DNA from: Spirochaetia bacterium
GTDB taxonomy: Bacteria > Spirochaetota > Spirochaetia > SZUA-6 > Bin103
Length of the DNA stretch: 64,000 nucleotides
Direction: 5' to 3'
Assembly: GCA_965208575.1 (NCBI GenBank)
Contig: CBDBOV010000003.1
Span: 640,001 to 704,000, forward strand
The position numbers were made by a program, and so were the translations under genes. Within the stretch, counting starts at the first letter, position 1, and every line of letters starts with the position of its first letter. Of this stretch, positions 9,656 through 20,298 are shown piece after piece. Below the pieces are notes generated by a model that had not been told where the DNA came from, ran no database searches, and was given only the letters and a program-made list of their open reading frames with translations.

Positions 9656-9711
9656 GGTAGTCGGGTAGTCGGGTAGTCGGGTAGTCGGGTAGTCGGGTAG
9701 TCGGGTAGTCG
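9656..9711. repeat. (GGTAGTCG)x7 VNTR in the SBP2 leader
   Basis: Seven perfect 8-bp units, read directly. Confidence 0.95.
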
Positions 9712-9743
9712 AGCGTACCATGTCGTTACCCATTACCCGTGCC

Positions 9744-9772
9744 AGTATAGACGGCCCGCCCGGGTAGTGCAA
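9744..9772 (-). promoter_or_regulatory. sigma70 promoter of SBP2
   Basis: TTGCAC-17-TATACT. Confidence 0.8.
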
Positions 9773-9956
9773 GGACAATCGCATCTACCGCCATCCACCG
9801 CCCCGTCGCCTGGGCTTCCGGAGCCATGTGGGCGACGACGTTGCCGTGGCTGGCGCCGGAGAAGCGCGTCGGTGATGAGGGCGACGCCGGCGATCATGCC
9901 GCTGGACCGCTCGGACCGCTCCGTTGCCCCGCCGGGTTCCGTGCTATTATGCCGCT

Positions 9957-12765
9957 GTGATGCAGACTGCGGCGGTCAGGTCTCGTCCGTTGCTCGCCGG
10001 CGCGGCCGCCAAGCGCCGCGTCGCGTCGCGGGCGTCGCGCTGCTGCTCGTCATCCTGGTGCCGTTCGCGGCGCTGAACCGGCTCCCAAGCTGGATACGGT
10101 GCGCGAGGACCTGCGCGCCGCGCTCGCCCCCACCGCGCAGTGTTTTCAGGGGTTCTGCATCGAAGATCCCGAGCGGGCGGGCGAACGGAGTGGCTTCCTC
10201 GACCGTTGGTGGCGATTCTCCGTGACCTACCTGCAGCTCGTTGCCGTCGGGATGTTGTTTGCGTTTGCCGCCGCCGCCATTGCCGAGGCGTTCCTGGTCT
10301 CCGACCTGTCGGTGCGTGCAGGCCCCGCTACCGCTACCGCGGCCGCTGGACGCGGGCGTTGGCGGCGCATCCTGAAGGGCGTCGGTCTCGGCCCGGTGCT
10401 CAACCTCTGCTCGGCATGCGTCGCTCCGGTGTCCAGCACGCTGCGCCGCGGCGGCATGGGAGTCGAGGGCGCGCTCGCCCTGGTGCACGGATCGGCCACG
10501 ATGAACGTGCCGTCGCTGCTGATGATCGCCGTGGTGTTCACCCCGCTGCTCGGTGCGAGCCGGCTCGTTCTCGGGCTGGTCGCAGCGTTCTCGCTGGGGC
10601 CCCTGGTCGCGTGGGCGGTGCGCCTGCGCGGCGCGCGCCTCGACCACCGCGCGGGCGCCGAGCTCGCCTGTGCGGTGCCGGCCGTGGCAGCGGAGACGGC
10701 GACCTGGTTGGAGGTGCTGCGCACCGGCGGCGCGCACTGGCTGCGCTCGTTCGTCCGCCTGGTGCGGCGCATGTTGCCGCTCATGATCGTGGCCGGCTTC
10801 GCCAGCGGCGCGGCGATCCAGGCGTTGCAGCCACAGACCGTTACCGCCTTCCTCGGCGACAGCCTGCTGGGGGTCCTCGTCGCGGCGACGCTCGGGGTGC
10901 TGATCAACGTGCCGTTGCTGTTCGAGATCCCGCTCGTCGCGCTGCTGCTGATCCTCGGCGCCGGTACGGCGCCGGCCGCGGCGCTGCTGTTCGCCGCCGC
11001 CGCCGCGGGGCCGGTCACCTTCCTCGCGCTTGCCAAGGCCCTCGGGCGCCGCGGCGTCGCCGTCTACGCGGGCGGCACCTGGGCGATCGCCGTGCTCGGG
11101 GGATGCGCGGTGCTGCTGGTGGGGGCGCTGCTGGGGCCGGAGCGGGCGGCGCTGCGACTCGACGGTGGTCCGGCTACGGACGCCACCGGCCACGTCGGCG
11201 CCGTGCCCAACGCCATCGTGCTGGCCACCTGCGCCGGTGAGCCGGCGCTGTGCCCGGAGCAGAGCGGACTCCGTTGGCCGCACACGCCCACCATCCATGG
11301 GCACTCGGTGACCAGTGCCGGGGGCGCCGTCGGCGACTTCGACCGGGACGGTTGGCAGGACCTGTTCGTGCCGTCGGGCGGCACCTCGCCCGACCGGCTG
11401 TACATGAACAACGGCGACGGCACGTTCACGGACCGCGCCGCCGAGGCCGGAATCGCGGCCCGCCATCACGGCTACGGCGCGGCCGTCGGCGACGTGGACG
11501 GCGATGGCTGGCTCGACATCTTCGTCATCAGCTACGGCAGCGTGGACCAGCGCTTCACCATGCCCGGCAACCACCGCCTGTACCGCAACAACGGCGACGG
11601 CACGTTCACCGACATCGCCGCCCGCGCGGGGGTGGCGACCACCAGCCTCAAGCAGCCGACCGGCACCGGGGCCAGCTTCGGCGACTACGACCTCGACGGC
11701 GACCTGGACCTGGCCGTGGCCTCGTGGTTCTACGGCGAGGGGGGCAACGCGCTGTTCCGGAACAACGGCGACGGGACGTTCGAGAACGTGACCTCACTGC
11801 TGCCATTCGGTGGCAAGCGTGCCCCGATGGGGTATACGCCGCTGTTCGCCGACATGGACGGCGACCGCTATCCCGAGTTGCTGTGGGCCGCCGACTACTT
11901 CACCAGCAGCTACCTGCGCAACGACGGCGGTGGCGGCTTCACCGACATCACCGCGCAATCCGGGACCGGGCTGGACGCCAACGGCATGGGCGCAGCGGCA
12001 GCCGATCTCGACAACGACGGCAGGCTCGACTGGTTCGTGACCTCGATCAGCACACGGTATGCGGTCGACAAGGCGCCGGGTACCGGGAACTTCCTGTACC
12101 GCAACCAGGGCGGCCATCGCTACGAGTCGGTCGGCGACCGCGCGGGGGTCAAGGAGGGCGGCTGGGGATGGGGTGCCGTCGCGGTGGACCTGGACCACGA
12201 CGGCTGGCTCGACCTGGTGCAGACCAACGGCTGGGAGGGGCCCAACGGCCGCGACGATCCCGAGTGGGCGTCCGAGACGACCAGGGTGTTCCGCAACCTC
12301 ACCGCCGCCTCGTCTGAACTGACCTTCGCCGACGTCGCCGAACAAGCGGGCCTCGTGCACCGCGGGCAGGGCCGGGGAGTGGTTCACCTCGACTATGACA
12401 ATGACGGCGACCAGGACCTGGTCATCTTCAACAACGCGGAACTACCTACGCTGGTGCGCAACGAGCTCGACCCGGGCAGCGACGGCGCCGGGCACTGGCT
12501 GCGCGTGTTTCTGGACACCGCAGCGCGTGCAGACCTGGCGCCCGACGGTTTCGGCAGCCTGGTCGCGGTGCGCGCCGGCGATCTTCGCCAAGTGCGCTAC
12601 GTCGGCGCGGCGGCCGGCTACCTCGGTCCGTCCGAGCTGTCGGCCCACTTCGGTCTCGGCGCCGCGCCGGTGGTGGACGAGCTGCAGGTGCACTGGGCCG
12701 ACGGCAGCACCTCCACCTACCACCAGGTGCCCACCAACCGCACCCTCACCATCACGGCCCGTTGA
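9957..12765 (+). CDS. DUF318/ArsP-like permease fused to FG-GAP/VCBS repeats and ASPIC-UnbV (CRTAC1-like), copy A, frameshifted near the 5' end
   Basis: Permease motifs GPVLNLCSAC, SATMNVPSL, GVLINVP; repeated D-x-D-x-D-G-x-x-DL loops; C-terminal GYLGPS..AHFGLG..VHWADG. Main ORF is 10099-12765; likely start GTG 9957 follows TG-c-TATTAT. Confidence 0.8.
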
Positions 12766-13031
12766 TGCGTCCAACGGCGGCACCCGCTGCGCGAACTCAT
12801 CTCGCGGCGCTCCATCACCAACCGGAGGAGCGGCGCAATCTGCGGATCGGCCTCCTGATCAGAGAGCTCCGCCTCGAGAAAGGCATGACGCAGGACCAGC
12901 TCGCGCGGGAGATTCGCACCACCAAGAGTGCAATCTCCAGACTCGAGAATCACTCCGAGAGCATTACGCTTGCGACGCTCGAGAAGGTGGCCCACGCGCT
13001 CGGGAAAGTGGTCCACATCGAGCTGTCATAA
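12762..13031 (+). CDS. XRE-family HTH protein (orphan antitoxin-like; N-terminus probably scrambled)
   Basis: IRELRLEKGMTQDQLAREIRTTKSAISRLEN...TLEKVAHALGK. Confidence 0.75.
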   Translation: MMRPTAAPAARTHLAALHHQPEERRNLRIGLLIRELRLEKGMTQDQLAREIRTTKSAISRLENHSESITLATLEKVAHALGKVVHIELS

Positions 13032-13468
13032 TCCACGCCTGCACGAATCCTCCACCGCGACCACCGCGGTGTGAGCCCTTCGTCGACCACGCCCTCCCCG
13101 CTGCCGATCTTCGGCGCCTGCCCGACACTGTGGCGCGGCCGGCCGTTTTGCCCCACTCGCCGACGTGCGAATGAATCGACCGCAGATGTCTTCACGCTCG
13201 ATCACCGCGGCGCCTGCATCATTCAGTTCGCCACCCCCGCGCCGACCCATGCGTGGGCGGCCGACCGGCAGCCCCGCGGTGTCACGCCGGATGCCCGTCG
13301 GCCGCTCCGGAGGCGCGCCCGGAACGCGCGAATAGCTAACAGCACGCCGATCAGACTGCCATTCACCCCGCCTCATGTGCCCATTGCCGCGTCCTGTCCC
13401 CGCCGCCACCCCCTCAATGGCGAATCCTGCGGACCGCCGGGAAGAGCCAATGGGCGATTCTCAGGTGT

Positions 13469-13831
13469 TCAGGAAGTTCCGCTTCCGGAATACGCCTGTG
13501 CTGTCGGTGCCGCCTCTCGCAGTACCACCACTTCCTTACTGAGGCGTCCCTTCAGTCGTGCTCTCTCTACCTCGAGCACGTAGCGCGTTTGCAGGTTAAG
13601 CCAGAAGCGCTCGGTCGTGCCAAAATAGCGCGCAAGCCGCAGCGCGGTATCAGCCGTGATCGCCCGCTTGCCATGCACGATCTCGTTGATCCGCCGAGGG
13701 GGAACGCTGATGTCCTTTGCAAGCCGATACTGGCTGAGTTCCATCGGCTCCAGAAACTCCTGTAGCAGGATCTCGCCAGGGTGAATCGGGGGTGGGCCTT
13801 CCTTGCCGGAGGAATACGCCGACGAGTCCGG
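13469..13831 (-). pseudogene. higA: HigA-family antitoxin lacking its native start codon
   Basis: PPIHPGEILLQEFLEPMELSQYRLAKDISVPPRRINEIVHGKRAITADTALRL. No start codon upstream of PPIHPG; first ATG is at 13744. Confidence 0.75.
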
Positions 13832-15319
13832 TCAGTCTTCGCGGGAAAAGTAGCGTTCGATCGCGTGATCGATCGGCCAGAGATCCAGCAGTTCGAGGGA
13901 TTCGCGCAACGAGATGATCGTGTAGAACGGCGGCTCCCGGTCGTATCGGTGAAGGATCTCTTCTACGTGCGATCGGTCGATGCGAGCCGCCGGGCGCTCG
14001 GTCAGGTTGGCGACGTGGAGGGCGATCCGCGCGTTGACCGCCGCCGCCTCCGTGAGGCCCGGGATGCACACCTTGTCGATGTGATCGGTGTCGAGGTGAT
14101 AGGAAGCGAAGTCCCCCCTCTTCGCCTCGGTCGACGTCAGGTGGACCGTCGGGACGCCCTTGAATCCGAACGGTGTGCTGTCCAGGCCCCACCAGCCGGG
14201 ATGGGCGGTCGTGACCCGGAAAGGAGGCGGAGGCTCGCCACCGATCCGGACGCTCTCCGCGACCTGCTCCATGGTTCCGCGGAGTTCGTCGCGACCCTGT
14301 ATTTCGATGCCGGACGGTCGACCTCCGAGACAGTCGTTGTTGATCATCAGCACGAGGTCGCCCAGCTCCCGCTCGTGGCGATGCACATAGGCCATGGAGC
14401 CGACGAGACCGGGCTCCTCCACGCCGAACAGGACGATCTTGACGTCGCGTCGAAGATGCGATGCGAACGTGCTCAGCCCCCGCGCGGCCTCGAGCACGGT
14501 CGCCACCCCCGCCGCATTGTCGATGGCGCCCGAAGCAACGTGATGACAGTCGTAGTGCGCGCCGATGACGAGGTGCTCGTTGCCGGTCGCTTCCGCCCCT
14601 TCGCCCCGGGCGGTCACTTCTCCGACGACGTTCCAGGAGTCCTTGCGTTCGATCCGGCTGTCCAGCAGCAGGCGAAACCGCAGCGCCCCCCTGCGCCGTG
14701 CGACACGCTGAAGCCATGCGCCGTCTTCGTAGGTGATCGATGCCACCGGTACGCCGCCGACGCGCCCGAACGCGCACGTTCCCGCGGGCAGGTGCTGTCC
14801 GGGGCTGTGGTGCCAGCCGATGAAACCCAGCGCCCCGTATCGCGCCGCAAGCTCGGTCTTCATTTGGCGTGGGATGCTGTGCGCAACTCCGTCCACGTAC
14901 GTCGAGTCGTAAAGCGACACGACGAACCGGCCACGGATCTGCTCCCGGTGCTGCTCGAAGTCGGCGGGGTCGCCGCGCTCGAGGATGACGGCCTCACCCA
15001 CCTGACCGTCGGGGGGCGTGGACGGCGACAGCACGGCGCAGCGGCACTGAATCGTCCGGTCCACGGGGGCGCAGAGCGTCAGCTCCTCCCGGACCGGCGT
15101 CCATGCCCGGTGTTGGAACGGTTCCGCCCGGACCTGATGAAGTCCATAGCGCTTCAGGGTGTCGCACAGAAAGTCACGGGCCCGCACCTCGTTCGCGGTG
15201 CCCGGCTGCCGCGTGCCGATATCGTCGGCGAGTACCTGCAGGTTCTCGAAGGCTTCGGAGCGCGCCTCGATCTCCTCGACGAGCTGGCGCTCCGCCGCGT
15301 GTCGGGACGATGGCTTCAT
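13832..15319 (-). CDS. M28 family peptidase with PA domain
   Basis: IGAHYD, GAIDNAAG, FGVEEPGLVGS, INND, YHLDTD; RBS GGGAGAG before ATG 15319. Confidence 0.88.
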   Translation of the reverse strand: MKPSSRHAAERQLVEEIEARSEAFENLQVLADDIGTRQPGTANEVRARDFLCDTLKRYGLHQVRAEPFQHRAWTPVREELTLCAPVDRTIQCRCAVLSPSTPPDGQVGEAVILERGDPADFEQHREQIRGRFVVSLYDSTYVDGVAHSIPRQMKTELAARYGALGFIGWHHSPGQHLPAGTCAFGRVGGVPVASITYEDGAWLQRVARRRGALRFRLLLDSRIERKDSWNVVGEVTARGEGAEATGNEHLVIGAHYDCHHVASGAIDNAAGVATVLEAARGLSTFASHLRRDVKIVLFGVEEPGLVGSMAYVHRHERELGDLVLMINNDCLGGRPSGIEIQGRDELRGTMEQVAESVRIGGEPPPPFRVTTAHPGWWGLDSTPFGFKGVPTVHLTSTEAKRGDFASYHLDTDHIDKVCIPGLTEAAAVNARIALHVANLTERPAARIDRSHVEEILHRYDREPPFYTIISLRESLELLDLWPIDHAIERYFSRED

Positions 15320-15880
15320 CCGGTGATCTCTCCCACGTCTTCCCAGGCACCGCTCTCCCACGAGCCGGCCTTGGCAGCACTGACTCTCCGGCAAATCGCG
15401 CAACCGGCGGATCTGGACGAACGAAATTCGACCAGGACCGATGAAGCAAGTGATCAGGTGATAGGAAGAGTAATCGAGAACCGAACGGGCGTAAAGCAAG
15501 TGATGTGCAACCGCTTCGGTGGTCGACCCGGGCATGGGCGCCGGTAGGACGGGCGACAGCAGGCTCGTCTGGTCCCGCAGGCCAGCGTCCATCGCCCTCG
15601 GGTTGTCGGTGACCTTCGCTCCCCCCGGTGACCCCTGGTGACCCCCACGAGTCGTTGACAGGGTGGTCGCGTCCATAGCAAGCTCGCGTCACTTGGGGTC
15701 CGACGGATCGCTGATGAAACGCCGCGACGACAGTCAGCGCAGTGACCCGTTCGCTGTGACGCGACCGGTGCATCCCCGTCGGGTAGAGCGCTGGTGCGCG
15801 CACCCGTAGGTGGAGGGTTTCCAGCCCCGCCCTTTCGGTAGCGAGGTGGGTTCACAGTTGAGCGCCAAGGAGAACTGATT

Positions 15881-16144
15881 ATGGAACTTGCCTTGCACGA
15901 AGCGGAAACATGCCTCTCCGATCTCGTCATCGCCGTCCAGAGTGGCGAACGGGTCGTCATAACGAGGAACGGAGAACCAACCGTGGAGCTGGTCCGCTGC
16001 CGCGCGAAGCGAGGCGGTATCGACTTCGACAAGCTTGACGCGGATCGCCGCGGGCTCGGAATCAAGGGGGACGAAGAGAGGTGGCCTAAGGAATTCGACG
16101 ATCCGGCCTTCAGCCGCGCCGTGTTGGGACTCGACGACGAATAG
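15881..16144 (+). CDS. Phd/YefM-family antitoxin
   Basis: LHEAETCLSDLVIAVQSGERVVITRNGEPTVEL; RBS AAGGAG. Confidence 0.85.
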   Translation: MELALHEAETCLSDLVIAVQSGERVVITRNGEPTVELVRCRAKRGGIDFDKLDADRRGLGIKGDEERWPKEFDDPAFSRAVLGLDDE

Positions 16145-16154
16145 GCTGACGGCC

Positions 16155-16550
16155 ATGCGTGTTCTTCTCGATACGTCCTACCTTTACGATCTGATGGAAA
16201 CGAGCGGCAAGTTTTCCGACAACGAACGCCGTTTCTTCGCCGAGCAAAAAGCTGAGCTCTTCGTGAGCGCCGTGTCCATCTGGGAGATGCGTCTGAAGTA
16301 CCGCGCCCGTCATCCGTCCGGCAAACGCAAGAGTCCCTTCAATCCCAATTCGGTGGTCGCCATGGTCGAACGACAGGACGTGACTTGCTTGCCGATGACC
16401 ATGCAACACGCCGCGAGTGAACTCGAAGTCGCTATCGCGCACAAAGACCCGTTCGACGAACTCCTCCTTGTGCAGGCCCAGGAAGAAGGTCTCAAGTTTC
16501 TCACCGCGGACCGGCAGCTTATCGGACACCCGCTGGCAATCACTGCGTAA
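16155..16550 (+). CDS. VapC-family PIN toxin
   Basis: MRVLLDTS...SAVSIWEM...HKDPFDELLLVQAQEEG..LTADR. Confidence 0.9.
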   Translation: MRVLLDTSYLYDLMETSGKFSDNERRFFAEQKAELFVSAVSIWEMRLKYRARHPSGKRKSPFNPNSVVAMVERQDVTCLPMTMQHAASELEVAIAHKDPFDELLLVQAQEEGLKFLTADRQLIGHPLAITA

Positions 16551-16678
16551 CATGACGATCACCCTTGACGCCGGCCGGGCGCCAAGCCGGCCCCGGCATG
16601 CTGGACGGGGGCCCACGAACGGATGACGCGTGTCAGTGGATGCCGGCTTCTGGGCCTGGGAAGTGGTTTCACCGAGGT

Positions 16679-16708
16679 CTCGCCGGAGCTCGCCGGAGCT
16701 CGCCGGAG
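16679..16708. repeat. (CTCGCCGGAG)x3 tandem repeat
   Basis: Read directly, just before the ASPIC fragment. Confidence 0.75.
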
Positions 16709-16738
16709 TTCTCTCCGGGCAGTTCGCGTCGGTGGTCG

Positions 16739-17029
16739 CGTGGCGCGAACTTCCTTCGGGTTCAGCTGCGTGGCCTGCCGCCCAACACCGAAGCGGTGGG
16801 AGCGCGTATCACCGTGACGACGACTGGCGCCGGCGACGCACGGGTGCGTATGCGTGAGCTCACGCTGGGCAGCAACTACCTGTCGCAGAACCCGCTGGTG
16901 CAGGTGTTCGGTCTGGGCGGCCAAACCGAGTGCGACGTCGAGGTCGAATGGCCCGACGGCCGGCGAACGCGGCTGGCGCAGGTAGCGGTCGGGGAGACGC
17001 TGCTGGTCACGCATCCGGCCCTGCCCTGA
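16739..17029 (+). pseudogene. Isolated ASPIC/UnbV C-terminal domain fragment (a different CRTAC1-like paralogue)
   Basis: NFLRVQLRGLPPNTEAVGARITV...GSNYLSQNPLVQVFGLG...VEWPDG. Confidence 0.75.
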
Positions 17030-17271
17030 GCGGTAACCTCTGCGCTGATCTCGTGTGAGTCAGCCTCGAAAGCCTTGTGAACGCCGGCGCCTTCGCCGTC
17101 CAAACAGGCGCGCGTGCACGTCGGCATGCGTGGGCACGCCTGCTCTCTTCCTACGACTAAGTCCACGAAACCGACACGAAGAAACACGAAGGAATCCCAG
17201 GAGGGAACACCGTAGACGTAGGGTGGGCGTGTCTACCCCTCTTCGTTAGACTGCGAGGCCAGCAGAATCCA

Positions 17272-18453
17272 ATGATTGACCGTGCCATTGAAGACCTGAT
17301 GACCTTGCTCCCAATCGAAGGCCCGCCGGCAGGTGAAGGTCGCGTTGCCGAGCATCTGCGTGGCGCACTCATTGAGATCGGTGTTCCCGAGGCGGACATC
17401 CACGTCGACCAGGCGCAGGAGCAGAGCGAGTACGGAGGCGATACGGGCAATCTGATTGTCCGGATGGATGGCAATCGAGGCGGGCAGCGGCTGATGTTCA
17501 GCACGCATATGGATACGGTGCCTGATGCGGTTGGCTGCATTCCTCGTCTCGATCGGGAAAATAACCGCATTGTCAATGATGCCGAAGGCAGGGCGCTTGG
17601 AGGTGACAATCGGACCTCCTGCGCAGTGCTGCTTCACCTGGCCCGGGCTCTCGTCGAGAAGGGGGGAGACCATCAACCGATCACGCTGGTCTTCTTTATC
17701 CAAGAGGAAGTTGGGCTCGTCGGGGCCAGAGGGATGGATCTTTCGATGCTTGGCGATTCCCTGCCCGAGATGTGCTTCAATCTGGACGGCGGTCGGTCGG
17801 ATGTGGGAGTGACGGCCGTGATCGGCACCGAGCGCTTTACGATCGAGGTAACTGGAATCGCGTCACATGCGGGGCAGCCGGGCGGCGGCGTGTCAGCGGC
17901 CATCATCGCGGCGCAGGCGCTCGCCGAGATCGAGCAGGGAGGATGGCAGAGCGTGATCGATCAGCCGGATGGGAAAGGGTCGGCGAACGTGGGTATCGTG
18001 CGAGGTGGCCAGGGAACGAACGTGGTGATGCCTTCGATGCATATCCTGGCGGAGGCCCGATCACACGATCCAGCGTTTCGGAAGAAGATCATCGCTACGT
18101 GGAAGGCGGCTTTCGTGAGGTCCGCTGAGAGCGTTCATAACGAACGGGGCGAGAACGGGACAGTCGCGTTCGGACCTGGCCCGACCTACGAGGCGTTCGC
18201 TCTCAATGATGATGCCCCCGTGGTTCAACGCTATCTGAGTGGAGTGAAGGCCTGCGGGATGGATCCGAAGACCGTAAGCAACGACGGCGGGATGGATGCG
18301 AACTGGATTGTCACGCACGGGATTCCGACAGTGACATTCGGGGCGGGACAGCGAGATGTACATACGTCGGATGAGTGGATTGCCTTGGAGGACTTTGCGG
18401 CGGCATGTCGTCTTGTAACACAGCTTTCCGAACAGATCCCTCAAACGGATTAA
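17272..18453 (+). CDS. M20/M25/M40 metallo-hydrolase (PepT-like)
   Basis: FSTHMDTV, LGGDNR, QEEVGLVGA, GGMDAN, VHTSDE. Confidence 0.88.
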   Translation: MIDRAIEDLMTLLPIEGPPAGEGRVAEHLRGALIEIGVPEADIHVDQAQEQSEYGGDTGNLIVRMDGNRGGQRLMFSTHMDTVPDAVGCIPRLDRENNRIVNDAEGRALGGDNRTSCAVLLHLARALVEKGGDHQPITLVFFIQEEVGLVGARGMDLSMLGDSLPEMCFNLDGGRSDVGVTAVIGTERFTIEVTGIASHAGQPGGGVSAAIIAAQALAEIEQGGWQSVIDQPDGKGSANVGIVRGGQGTNVVMPSMHILAEARSHDPAFRKKIIATWKAAFVRSAESVHNERGENGTVAFGPGPTYEAFALNDDAPVVQRYLSGVKACGMDPKTVSNDGGMDANWIVTHGIPTVTFGAGQRDVHTSDEWIALEDFAAACRLVTQLSEQIPQTD

Positions 18454-18631
18454 CTCGGACGTTTTGACGACCTGCTCCGCACGGTGCGGCGGGATGAAGA
18501 TGACACCATCATCTGGAAAGGAGATACTATTGATCGCTAATATACCTGCTTCAGGTATAGGACCTATCGGGCATACGCCCTTATTAATTGGAGGAAACAA
18601 TGCCACTGCGGGAGAATAAGTTAAAGCAAAG

Positions 18632-19053
18632 TTGAAAAGAGGTGAGGTTATCATCGAAACATTGACGAAGAGCCGCGGACCATACGTGGCGGAGGCTTTT
18701 GCAAAGGCCGGTGTGGACTACTTGGATATGGACGCTGAGCATACAAATTTTGACATGAAAGAGCTAGTGGAGACCGTCCATTATGCTCATCTGGCTGGGG
18801 TATCACACCTATGGTACGCCTTCCTGCCTTGGAGCAACATTTCATCACTAGATTGCTGGATAACGGTTGTCAATGTCTGATCCTACCAAGTATCAGGACC
18901 GGAGCGGAAGCCCGGCGGTTCATAGAGTTTGCCAAGTTCCACCCGGAAGGAAAGCGTGCGTTTGGCATGTACGGGGTACGTGATTTACCGGCAGCGTGCG
19001 CTCAGTTCGGATTTATGGTTTCTGGAGCGTGCAGCGCGAAATGCGGTCGATGA
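18632..19053 (+). pseudogene. HpcH/HpaI aldolase, frameshifted and truncated (copy 2)
   Basis: Split into ORFs 18632-18880 and 18811-19053 by a G-run (GCTGGGGTATC vs GCTGGTATC in copy 1). Confidence 0.75.
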
Positions 19054-19093
19054 GATCGCAGCTTGGCGCGATCGATGAGGTGAGTGAGCACCG

Positions 19094-20062
19094 CTATGTG
19101 TTTAACGCCGGGCTGTAGTACTCAGGTTTCGATCTTACTTCTTTAATGAAATCGGCCACTATCTTTTCGAAATCCGCATACACTGGCCTCCACCCCCATT
19201 CCTCACGAGCCCGGCGATCATCGAAGTTATCGAGACTGCGGTAATAATCCATCACCCATGGGTCCGGCTTATAGGTAAATTGAGCTTCCGGAATGAACTT
19301 CTTTATAGTCAGTTCTACCTCCCTGGCCGGTAGTGATGGGAACACCCCTACAATGTTATAGCAGACGGTCTCTATTTGCTCCTTGGGTGCATCATACAGC
19401 ATTTGTGTGGCCCGCATGGCATCTTCATAGTACAGGACAGGAAGTTTGGTGTCTTCGCTGACAGGACACTCGGCCGGCCTGCCCAGGGCCGCACTTTGAA
19501 TCATCCAGGAAATATATTGCAGCTCCTTACTGATCCTGACACTGGGACCAAAGATGTTGGGGTATCGTATGCAGCGAAAGTCAAGGTCAAAGGTGTTCCG
19601 ATAGTATCTGCCAATAAGCTCACCATATAGCTTCGTTACACCGTACGCGCTAGCAGGCCGTTGTAGTGTCTCATCGGTGATAGTTTCAGTAGGTATTCCC
19701 AGACTATAGGTCATCATACTGCTGGTAAACACCACCCGCTTTACCCCGAACAGTCGCGCCGCCTCCAGGACATGCATTATTCCGGCGACATTCCCTTCAC
19801 AAACGATCCAGGGGCGTAGCGGGAAGCTAGGTATCGTGCCAAGGTGAAATACGCCTTCTACGTTGTTTTCCTTGACAACATTCAACACTTCAGGCCAGAT
19901 CTTCTGGTCTCCCTGGACAACCTTTACGTTGTTCTTGATATCCGCGACGCCCTCTATTCGCGGAGCGATGTCAAACAATATGACGTCCTCGCCCCTCTCT
20001 ACCAGTCTATGTGCCAGGCCAGTACCAACCCAACCTGTTCCGCCGGTAATAAGTATAGACAT
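19094..20062 (-). CDS. NAD-dependent epimerase/dehydratase family SDR, copy 2
   Basis: Near-identical to 990-1958, with about seven amino-acid differences. Confidence 0.85.
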   Translation of the reverse strand: MSILITGGTGWVGTGLAHRLVERGEDVILFDIAPRIEGVADIKNNVKVVQGDQKIWPEVLNVVKENNVEGVFHLGTIPSFPLRPWIVCEGNVAGIMHVLEAARLFGVKRVVFTSSMMTYSLGIPTETITDETLQRPASAYGVTKLYGELIGRYYRNTFDLDFRCIRYPNIFGPSVRISKELQYISWMIQSAALGRPAECPVSEDTKLPVLYYEDAMRATQMLYDAPKEQIETVCYNIVGVFPSLPAREVELTIKKFIPEAQFTYKPDPWVMDYYRSLDNFDDRRAREEWGWRPVYADFEKIVADFIKEVRSKPEYYSPALNT

Positions 20063-20298
20063 CCTTCTCTGCTTCCTTATGTGATCGTCCTCCATGTAAG
20101 GAACAAATGTCAACCCCGCAGTACGCTTTTTCGAACGATTATGCGCACCGTCAACTGAAGCTCGTACGCTCTCATGGCAGATACCTGGCTGTGATCACGC
20201 GGCGTGCGGAGATGAGAGGGGAGCCGGGATAGCGGTCGGCCCTGCAGGCCGACTATCCCCCGACTCCCCTAAGTCACGATTGACTAGCGATAACTGAG

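Noticed and set aside
9656-9711. CRISPR array
   Set aside because: The 8-bp units are head-to-tail with no spacers, and no cas genes are present.
17160-17240. CACGAA x3 and a GTAG..GGGTGGGC REP-like patch
   Set aside because: Short, single occurrence in the window, with no associated transposase or clear structure.
18425-18630. Possible RraA-like fragment (DDGVIFIPPHRAEQVVKTSELIRLRDLFG) on the minus strand
   Set aside because: Too short to support without a search; probably another scrap at the low-GC junction.
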